A DNA stretch of 64,000 nucleotides from Vicugna vicugna (taxonomy: Eukaryota). The notes under the pieces are model-generated. The model saw only the letters and a program-made list of their open reading frames with translations. It ran no database searches and was not told the origin of the DNA. Positions within the stretch are counted from its first letter, which is position 1; each line of letters opens with the position of its first letter. The stretch is taken from NCBI GenBank assembly GCA_013265495.1, contig MU061298.1, positions 1,674,001 through 1,738,000 on the forward strand, read 5' to 3'. Made by a program: the position numbers and the translations under genes. This document shows positions 52,641 to 64,000 of this stretch, piece by piece.

Positions 52641-55090
52641 TATATATTTTTTAAAACTCTTCCCTGGGCCCCAAGCGTCTACCAACTTAGAGATACACCC
52701 TTAGTCCTGCACTGAGAGTCCTTCACCAAACAGCCTTTCCTGCCTTCCTTCCTCGCCCACTACTCCGTTATGAATGAGTAACTCGCATCCTGCTACCAAG
52801 CTGGATACCCCACTCCCCACCCCCAGCATTTTATAGTCAACCATGATAGGAAGCAAACTTTAAAATATTCCTTTTACTTGACAATAGGGCCTAGTGGTTT
52901 CTCACATTTCACACACAAAAAAACCAAGTTTCATTTTCTTTGCTCTGCTAGTCACACACACAGGTTCTATTCTCATTTCTAAAACATCTCTAGGTTTAAA
53001 GCTCTGGGGACTGAATGAGATATCAGTACCATAAAGGGAGCCCCACCAATGTCTTATTTTGTACATGAAAATTGCCTGTAAATGCAGACAGCTCTGTGCA
53101 AATAAAATCAAAGGCAGAGTATATTCTATTATCCATGAATGTACCAAAGAAAAGTGTACCAAAGAGAAGAAAAGAAATGATCTCCATTTGGCTCACTAAA
53201 CTGAAGTGCTCTCCTAGAATCAGCTCATGGGTGGAGGGGTGTTGACAAAGCTGAGGAAGGAACGCTGACTTCTACCAAAACCTGTGGCAATAAATCACTT
53301 CCCTTTAGATTGCCTCCCTAAGAGGATCTGCCCACAATCAAAGGGATGTTAAAATAGTAAGAATTTAGGATATGTTAGAAAAGGAAATCAAACTATCTAA
53401 GATTTGATAGGTTTTATCAGATTAAAGTGCTTTATCAGCCCACTAAATGTTTTACGTAATTCAGCTGGGGAGCATGACTGCTTTAACTGCAGCACTATTT
53501 TTAATAAGAAATGTCCTTGAAAAGACTTGAAAATATTGCTCAGGCTGCTTCAGCTCTAACAAATAGGCAGTTACCGTATTTAGTCAATTATTATCACTTA
53601 AATGTATTATTTAGCAAACCTTCAGATCGTAAATCTGAGGAAGTCTATAGGGTCTGCCTGAATTACATATTCCTACCACCTCTTCCACATCCTTTAGCTT
53701 TGCACAAAAATGAAATGAAGCCAAATATATCACAGCAAAAGGGACAGTGTACCAGAGCCACTCAACAATCTAGATATATGCAGAGAAATAATGTTCCATT
53801 CGTTCTCTCCCAAAAGATTAAAAGCATCTTAATACCATTCCCTTTGCAGCTCTCCTCAAAGATGAAATTTACAGCATGTCACATTTTATCTTAAAAATAT
53901 GTATGCTTCATAATAATGTCATATTTGAGTGCTTCATCAGCAAATTTTACATGAGAGGCATTCAGATTCTGAAAATGGGTATAAAGGACACTTCACGTTA
54001 TAAACAACAGGATCTATAAACACTTCTAAATATAATTTGATAATGCATGGTTTTTTAAATTTGGCCTTTGCAATCACACCTGCTTAGCATATTATTAAAA
54101 TAGACTGAAAATGAATGCCCAACGTGTTTGGCTGCAATCCTAAATTTAATGTTCTCAGAATCAGAATCACTTCCAGAAGGGAATTACAACAGATTTTCAA
54201 AATTTATGAGTACTGAAGGACTGTGTGCTCCAAGTTATTGCTAAGTGCAATCTAAAACACTAAAAATATATTTTTTGGTCCCGCAGAGGACTTTCCAGAG
54301 CAATAACAGCAAAGTCCTGATGCCTGCCTTCCTGTAAATCAGTGGGACTGTGCAAATTGTTAAATTATCAAGATCAGTGCTTCCTGGTGTAAGATTCCTC
54401 CTGATTTGGTTAATTTAGCCAACACAATTTTTCACGAAGCAGCACTTTAGCAGAGCCTCCTTGTATTATAGTCTCACAGGAGTTATTATCTCTACCCTGC
54501 TGCACAAATTCACCACACACAGGGCTTCTTTGTGTTCAACGTCATTATAAGCGGGTTCCCCCATAACAGGTCCTCTTGGAAGCCTCACACCGAACATTTT
54601 CCAATCCCCTCCTAGCATTTCTGCATGACTACCAGGATCCACAAATAACAGCATGCCCTGGCTTTTGTTTTCCTGTTTGACAAGTGACTGAACTTCAACA
54701 AGGGAGCCATTGAAAGAAAACAAAATCCTCCTCTCTTTGCTACTCATTAGATCCTCATACACAGGAGAGTATGAGTGCCCCTCAAAACTAGTTAGACTGT
54801 AGATAAGACAGCTTAAGGCTGGGGCGCTTTAAATGCTTAAAGGCAACAGGTACTTTTTCAAGCAACAGGCACAGAACACAACTTAAGAAACTGAACTTAC
54901 ATTCCCGTATCCCAATGGGACTGATGTAATTTCAGGGGTAATATCACAGTATACAATCTCTAAAGTCCCAATGAAACTTGACTGGATGTTAGTAGCACTG
55001 AGGTGTATACCACACACAAATCTTTGTACTTGTGTGCACTTGTGCAAAGTTAAGAGGTTATGTGGACAGCCAGAAGCACAGCAATAGTTA

Positions 55091-56000
<910 letters not shown>

Positions 56001-58626
56001 TGGTTTCCTTACATCACCGTCATTTTGATACCCAAGTGATTTTTTTACTTCCCACTTGCAATGCCAGTTAGAAGGGGGAAAAAATCACATAACAGAACAG
56101 ATCTATTCACTGGCCTACTGGACACCGAAGATGTAACAAAACAGTATTCAGTTCTAGAAGAATAGGGACCTACAAATATGCCCTGAACGAACAACAGCTT
56201 GGCCGTTCCCTTGAGTTTATGGACAAGCGGGGCTGAAGACGCATGAAATCCTTGAAAACATAAGCAGAATGGGGGGGAAGGGTGGGAAGTATGTCTTTCT
56301 GAGGGCATGAGGCTTGATTAAGTTATTTGGGAAAATAACATGAACATAAGATTAAATTTTATGTTTCAATATTCTCAGTTTTACTGTAGACTTGACTTTG
56401 AAGAAAACATTTTTTAGTGAAGTTTAAGTCCTTTGCATTTAAAGATCCTAAGACGTTGAAAAAATCCTACCTGAATGCATTTAATATCTAATGCCATTTC
56501 ATTGAGATTTTATTAATAACCTATTTCAGTAAATACACCTGTGTTCTTTATCCGACTTGGCAGAAGTTGTCAATTATGAGGCTCCATTGTCAAGGTTTCA
56601 GTGAGCTTGTTAAGGATGCTTAAAAAGTAAATCAGGACTAGTTGCATCATGTGGCTGGGGAGTTTGACGTGCGCAGAGAAATAAAGTTTTCAAAGGGAAA
56701 GTCAGTAATCCCTTGAGAAACAAAATCTGAGTATTTTTTCTGCTAACTTGTCAAGCCAGGTCTAAAAGCAAACAGCCCCTGGGAGCAGCAGGCTGCCCTC
56801 TTAGGGCTAGAATGTCTCTGTGTTTCAGGGTGGCTCACACAGGACTAGCAGAGCTAACAGGCCCACGAGCAGAAAGCAGGCTATTGGCAAGGGAACCTGG
56901 TCTTCAAGTGGCAAACGGGGCTGGCCCATACGCGGGGAAGACCCGAGATGTAACATGAAAACAAGCCACAGGACACATCTATTATGTTGAAAACCAGTCG
57001 GCCAAAAGACAATTGCTTCTTATAGCTTATTTTTGCCTCCTGGTTTTTAAAACTCAAATTCTTACGATGTAAGCTTGCTTTATGAACAATTTACACACCT
57101 TATGTTTCAACTTAACTACAAATGCATATTTTTAATTCATATTTTTTCAGTTTGTGACAAGTTTTCTCTGGTTTTAGATTGGCTTGCAAATTATGCCAAC
57201 ATTTGCATCTTGACATATTTAATAACAACAGATCCAGATTTATGAAATACCAACCCAATAATTTTTTCATTGGGAATAACAGAGCAACCAACCACGTAAT
57301 TGGCAGTCTCCTTCACGAGATCTTGAAATCCCAGCGTAGACACAGGGACACTTGGTTGCAAGGGTGCTCCAACAACCCCAACCAAAGCCTCTCCGCCCAC
57401 ACGTTCCAGCACGTTCTCTGCTGGTGGTTGGCCACTGTCTCAAAGTTCTTTCTGAAGCCGGAACTGGGAGAGTAACGTTTTGTTGGGGGCTCTTCTCACA
57501 CATTTATTTATTTTATTTACAGTTTGTGGTCAAGGCAAGTTAATTCCATAAAATGAGAAATGATGAAGAATCAAGGCATAATTATGAAAATTCAAACTAA
57601 GTGTTCAACACAAAAAACATAAGCATAAAAGTGGGTATGTCAACATAAGATCTACTGGGTTTTATGTCAAAGGATGGTGAATGCTTGTTTTTTTCCTTCA
57701 AGACAGTGGCTGTATCAGATACTAGAACACCTCAGCTTATCAGTATGTGTTCATATGAACCAAAATTTGTTTTTTAAAAATATTTTTTCACACTGAAACT
57801 GTTGTAAAAGCTACCCTTCTCCAGAATTAAGCCTGACCTTAGGCCTAGTACCAGTTTCTAACCATCTAAAAATTCTCTGCTACAGAAAGTATTCCAAGTG
57901 TAGCTATTCTGATCCTTAAAGGTTAAAATATATACATTCTAAACTAGTTTAAAAGAATCATAGTGAACTTAATAATGGTGGCGCTCTTCCAGTCCTGACT
58001 TTCCAAAATCCTTAAGTGCCACTCTGGGGTTCACCATCTGTTTGCCCCTCAATTTCAAGGTTTTTAAATATTTCTCCCCAGTAATGCATCTTCATAGTTT
58101 ACAAAATATTTCACACAAATGAAAATAGATAGCAGTGTTTGAGCATCAAGAAGTCATACCTGTGAAACTGTGGCATCGGGTCACCAGGTGAAACCCACCT
58201 TGGATGGCAACGTCTGTGTGGACACATACACTTTTTTACTTCATTGTATATGAGCCAGCTTTACAGCAAGGCATGGACTGGGAAGGACACCCATCTCTCA
58301 TGGCTCTTGCACGTGCCAATGAATATCCTGCACTCTGAGCACAGATCAAATCTAAGGCTTCAAAGGAGAGTGTTCCATACCCAAAAACAAAGAGTATAGT
58401 TTTCACCAACTATGTATGTTGGCATGCTGTTTGTCCATATGCAAAACTAAACCAAAAAGATATAGTCCTTGCCCTAGAAAAGCTTCTATTCTAAAATGGG
58501 CCTGAGACATAATTTTATGGACACTGTAGAACTCAACCCTGTATAAAAATATTACCAGAAGCAGGAATGTTAGATGGACTGTGAAGTGTGGTAAAAAAAA
58601 GAAGCATTAAAAACATTAAGCTTCCT

Positions 58627-58886
58627 NNNNNNNNNNNNNNNNNNNNNNNNNNNNNNNNNNNNNNNNNNNNNNNNNNNNNNNNNNNNNNNNNNNNNNNNNN
58701 NNNNNNNNNNNNNNNNNNNNNNNNNNNNNNNNNNNNNNNNNNNNNNNNNNNNNNNNNNNNNNNNNNNNNNNNNNNNNNNNNNNNNNNNNNNNNNNNNNNN
58801 NNNNNNNNNNNNNNNNNNNNNNNNNNNNNNNNNNNNNNNNNNNNNNNNNNNNNNNNNNNNNNNNNNNNNNNNNNNNNNNNNNNNNN
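58627..58886. other. Assembly gap (260 N)
   Basis: Run of N. Confidence 0.99.
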
Positions 58887-60399
58887 TTATGAACCCCTTT
58901 GCTCCCGGCCTCGCAGACACTCCAGCTCCCACTCTGAGCAGCAATGACGCCTTCCGAGTAGAACACAGCAGAGACAAGACTTGCCAATATTTTATCCATT
59001 ATATCTTTTTTCTTTTTTTCCATCAACAAATACCCACTAGGTTGCTAAATGCTATGTCCCGGGCTCATGGGAGGGCTGGACCCACGGTCTGAAAAGATTT
59101 ACCTCTACACACAAAGAATTAGACTTTAGCAAATGCCACAGGTGTGGGTACAGGGTATAGAACCTGTCTCTCAGCGGAAGGAACAGAAAGGAAAGCTACT
59201 AACTGGGCTAAAAGCAGGAGGGATCATTAGACCCCCACTTCCTCCACCCCCACACCCCAACCCCAGCCCAAAGCCCTGCACTTGTGACAGCTGCAGGTGC
59301 CCGAGTGCTTGGGGTTTCTGACCCCGTGACGGGAAACACAAGCTGGGAAAGTCATTCATTTCTCCAGCCAACAGTAAGTAAGCATGTAGTGAATGCCAGC
59401 CCCAGGAGAGGCACTGCAGGATAATGCAAAGACCACAGGGCCGGGAGCCAGACACAACCAGGGCTCAAATCTTTGACTCTAAAATGTATGAGAGGTACAA
59501 TCTTGAGCAAGTTACTTACTTCACAATATCGCAATACTGGACCACCTGAAACTAATGCAATGTTGTATGTCGATTTTACCTCAAGATTTAAAAAATGTAT
59601 CCCTTAAAGAGAGTTTTAAAAAAAGAAAGAAAGAAAATAGTACCTACTGCACAAGTTAATGCATAAAGATACGATGAGTTAATAAATGTAAAGAGCTTAG
59701 CACTGGCTGGCTCCAGTGCCCTGTGAGCCCTACATAAGGGTGACTGACTTATGACTGCCCTGAACCAATCTGAAAATATGCAGCTGTGTTTAATACCTAT
59801 CTATAGGTATTTGTGTTTCAATAGGCATTAGGAAGTATACTTTGAAGAAAAGGAGAAACAACATTAAACTGTAAAGAAGGTACAAGGCCAGAAGAATTTT
59901 AAGGACCTAAGGCTTGCTTAGAACCAAATAGAATCCCAGGTTCAAAAAAACCCAAAACAAACAAACAAAAGACTCCTGAAGCATATTTTGGAGTTAAAAA
60001 CAAACAAAACAGCTGCCCGGGAGTGTGTATGTCCTTTAGCATTCGCCAGTCTGTAGTCCCTCTGCTTACCCACCCATGTGTCCAACAATTAGTATGTAAA
60101 CTGACTTTTTGCATTCATGTCACCAGGCACTGTGCACCACAGGAAGATGACAGACTCAAGTTGTCAAACTTCTGGTCTAAAAGAAGAGATAAACAAGCCG
60201 AGTCATTAAAAATGGAGTAAAATCTGGGAGCTCACAAGGGAGCTCTGAACGCTCAGAAGAGAAAGAAGTTTTGGAAGGCATTCCCCACTCCACAGATGCC
60301 ATTCTTAATTTGTGTGGTTGAACCTAAAACCATCTGTCCAATGTAAAGATGCTCCGGGCTTAGGAATCACTTTCATACAAGATGTACATATGAAGAGGA

Positions 60400-60478
60400 C
60401 TCCTGTTTCATTAGACATTACCAATAGTCAAGCATTTCGACTTACAAAAACAGCAATGTTTATGGTTCATGTAAAATT
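60400..60478. mobile_element. Second MADE2-like MITE
   Basis: cattaccaatagtcaagcatttcgacttacaaaaacagcaatgtttatggttca matches the internal and terminal part of the recalled MADE2 consensus. Confidence 0.55.
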
Positions 60479-61218
60479 TTTATATATGTATCTTTTATTT
60501 TATTTCCTTTTTTGAGGATCCTAAAATTTTTCTTTCATTTATATTCCTTAAGAATATTCATCTGGCGCTAATAGAGTATTTTCCCATGTTCTGGCTATTA
60601 CCAGGAACCTTGTATTAAAATCCCTTGGTAAAAGGAAGGCTATTCTTTTCTGTTGCTTTATTTTCAAATCATTCATGGCTGTATGTTTCCCTCTTGTGGT
60701 AGAAAATGGAAACACAAGCGAGATTTCCCAACAGCCTCCCGAGGGGTGGGCTGACCCGCTGCAGTGGCATGACACAACTCCAAGGGGACCATTCACCTGG
60801 AATACAATAGGGATCATGCCCCTTGGGGTTTTATGGCAGAGAGTGGCTGGCCCTCTACCCAATAATTAAAATGTGGCGGATTTCTGGACTTTTAAGAAGA
60901 GGAATGGTGAGTTTATTCTGTCTGTCTCATCACTAAGGATTTTCCAATTATGTCGCCTGGCCAAACTAGGATGTCCAGCTGTAAAGACATTGAATGAAGG
61001 TGGCCACAAGGAGGGGGTGTCATTTTCTATGGTCTTTGTGAGCCTGAATTTCTATGAAGTGGGGCTACTAAAACTTCCTTCAGAGGTTCTGATGTTAAAG
61101 GAGGAAAGGCACGTAAATAGATCCCAGGTGACCTTCCAAGGGGTTCTGCCCAAGTGCAAAGCATATGAGTTGTGGTGCCTGTGCAGCCCCCTGCCCTCGG
61201 TGGACCGGGCACAGGCAC

Positions 61219-61636
61219 TGTGTATTGAACTGTACACCCCATGAACCAAAAACAGATGTTGAATTCTGAACCCCAGATACCTGAGAATGTGACCTTATTT
61301 GGAGAAAGGGTCTTTGCAGATGTGATCAAATTAAGATGAGGTCAAAATTTAATGACTGGTGTCTTTATAAGGAGAGGGAGATTCAGGGACAGACACTAGG
61401 GCAGAAAGCCAGCGAAGACAGAGACAGAGACCAGAGATGTGTGCACCCGTGACTGCGGGCCAGCACCAGCAGCCGGGGAAAAGCAAGGGAGGATTCTCTC
61501 CTGGAGCCTTTGAGGGAGCGCAGCCCTGCCAACACCTTGACTTGGACCTGTCAGCCTCCAGAACGGTGAGAGAATGAATTTCTGTTGTTTTTAAACCACA
61601 CAGTTTGTGTTACAGCAGCTCTAGGAAACTAATACA
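61219..61636 (+). mobile_element. MaLR (MLT1-type) solo LTR in PGM1 intron 1
   Basis: gaatgtgaccttatttggagaaagggtctttgcagatgtgatcaaattaagatgaggtca...cagctctaggaaactaataca. Confidence 0.88.
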
Positions 61637-64000
61637 ATAAAAAGGAGCCCAGCTCGACCGACACTGATCCCTTGGAAGCTGGGTGGCTGGTGTGAGAGGC
61701 CCCCGGGGAGAGCCCTCCCCACGCCTCTCTTCTTTGCCCCAGAGTGTTGGGGCAGATCAGTAAATAACACGGTATGTGCCATGGCTTGGTTTATACACAC
61801 AGGCCTCCCCCCGTGCTCAGTGGTGAGGCGCACAACAGCCCCTCCTTCATTCTGTAACCCTGGTACTTGGAATGAAGTGTAGTGAAAGTTAATAAATGTT
61901 TGCATGGCTAAACTGTTGGAGTGAGAGCGTTAAATGACCTCTGTGACAAGGGTTTATGATGAACAGAGGTGAGTTTTTCCAGGCAGCAGTCAAGTAAGTT
62001 GTCCCCTCTCCTGAGACCAACCTCAACTATAAAATTACTCCCACCATCACCAATGACTCCCCAAAGCACAAGGCATCCCCAGCAGAGCACCCTCTGCCTG
62101 AGAACTGGCGTTTCAGGTAGTTTCTGTAGCACACAAGACTTATGCAGTAACAATTAGGAACAGGACCAGAAATTGCAACAGCAAAGGAAGTGGAGCTGGT
62201 TAGTCTCTGTGGTTGAGGCCAAAAGCTTGTGCTGCTTCCAAGAGGAGCAATGGGTAACTGCAGACAGGGACGGGGAGGTCTTCACAGTGCTCATTCGAGT
62301 TGCATAGGAAAGTGATGAGCGGAGAGATGGGACTAAAGCTAACAGGAGCAAAAGGTCACGGCCGACCCAGCGTCCTAGCCCCGTTACTAACGTCAAAGTC
62401 AGATCTATATAAAACAGTACAGCCACACTGTACCTCTCTCTCTCTCTCTTTCTTCTTCCTTTTTTTTTTCAGTAAATTTTTATGTCTGTAAATGTGTGCT
62501 TTAATTTAGTAAACTGTGCATCATTCATTCTACAGTATGGATTTAGATCAACCAACCCAAGTTAAAAGACTGGTCCTGATGAAAACATTAGGTCACATGT
62601 CATGTAATCTGCTGGTTAAAGACAGACAATCTCAGCAAACAGATAGTGTCTTCATACGTTACAGGGCAAATACTGTGACCCCGGCCTCCTTATAAATAGC
62701 TTTTTATGCTTGTTAACCTAAATCACCAAGATTCTCCTTTCCCATCAGGGTCATAAGATCATTCTCAGACTGGGGCTTAGGTTGGGTTGTGCATAACCGA
62801 AAGCCTTGAGGTTAAGGACCTGCGAGGGGATAACTCATCACTGGCTGCCCTGCTGCCCTCATCCCTCCCTGCATTTCAGGAGTTAAGATGAGCTCTCTTT
62901 TAAAGTCAAAGCCTGGTGGATTACCTTCCACAATGGCCTCCTTGTTTTGTCCCTGTGGCTGCCTCTCCAGAGAATGTCTCCACTTTTTCCTGGCTTGCTT
63001 TCCGTGATCCTCAGGACCCGGCATGAATACATCTCCCCTGGAGGCTTCCTCTGACCACCTCTCCCCGATCTCCTCCCTAGGCTTCCAACGACACCCTAAG
63101 GACACCGTGTCGCACTCTATGCAGCGTCCATTGAACAGCGAGGAGCTGAAACAGCCTGTGCGGTGTGTGTGCCCCAAATGCACAGCCCAATACTGAGCCA
63201 TGAGAGAACACCCAGCATGCATTTGTAGGGTGAAGGGATCCCCTCAAATGGTGTTTAGGAGAAGCTGCCCAAGCAAGCAGATCCAACTTTCACTAGAAGC
63301 ACCACACTAAAGCCCTAACGAGTAGAACTGACGTGCAAATACCGAACACTGTGACAAGTACTGAAGCTACTCGGGGACAGTTTTGCTTAGCTGGGGGCTG
63401 GCATTGTGTGCTTCTGAGATAACTGAGTATCAAGCTGATAACAAATTTCAGAAACCTAAAAATTCTGTAGAACAGGTCCCTGACCTGACCCCAGGCCCTG
63501 TGCATGAAATGCTTACTCTCCGTAAGAAAGACATTTCTGTTCTGAAATTTATAGGCTTACAGGTGTGGAGTATCTGGATAGGTTATTGGCAAATTGGAAG
63601 AAGAGAAGTGAAACTGAGAAGGTGGGAGCTGCCTAAGGGACTATTAGCAAAGAGAAGGTTAAAGCATCTGTATTTCCCATCAAAATTCCCACTGTCCAGT
63701 GTAGCAACCTGCTTATTATGACTGTGTGTGAGGCACCGTGCTGGGTGACTTCCCTCGCATTACCTTATTATTTCTTAGAGACACCTCTATGACATATTGT
63801 TTTAATTTTACAAATAAATAAAGAAAAAAACAGAGTTCAAGCAGTATGCTCAAGGTAAACAGCTAATAAAAAGCATATTCAAGCATCAAACTCAAGTCTG
63901 TCTGATATCAAAAGCTACACTGCAATAAAATTCTCATGTAAAAGAGGTAATTTTCTTGTCCCACTAGCACCCTCAAAATGGCATAGTATCTTTACTTTTT

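Noticed and set aside
58570-59029. Three ORFs of 119-137 aa
   Set aside because: They are artefacts of translating through the N gap.

Overview
This is eukaryotic (mammalian) DNA. The window holds the phosphoglucomutase 1 gene (PGM1) on the minus strand. I mapped 11 coding exons by hand: the alternative first exon 1B at 55103-55402 plus exons 2-11, ending at the stop codon at 25507. They join in frame to 1743 nt (580 aa + TAA) and contain the TASHNP catalytic serine and the DGDGDR metal loop. The housekeeping first exon 1A is not in the window and should lie beyond base 64000. Bases 1 to about 24900 are downstream intergenic DNA with L1, L2, MIR and MaLR repeats, a CTCF-like site and several orphan CpG-rich patches. 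A tRNA-Ala-derived SINE resembling camelid Vic-1 suggests an alpaca, llama or camel genome (inference). There is a 260-N assembly gap. I found no evidence of a new multi-gene system; the non-PGM1 ORFs look like chance, repeat-derived or antisense frames. The best leads are regulatory: a GC-AG intron 3, a 4-codon uORF overlapping the exon 1B start with a stronger in-frame Met15, two orphan CpG islands and a CCAAT cluster with strong splice donors (possible unannotated transcripts), clustered miRNA seed sites in the 3' UTR, and a nested LTR-in-LTR insertion. Repeat family names come from recalled consensus sequences and need RepeatMasker/Dfam confirmation; repeat boundaries are approximate.
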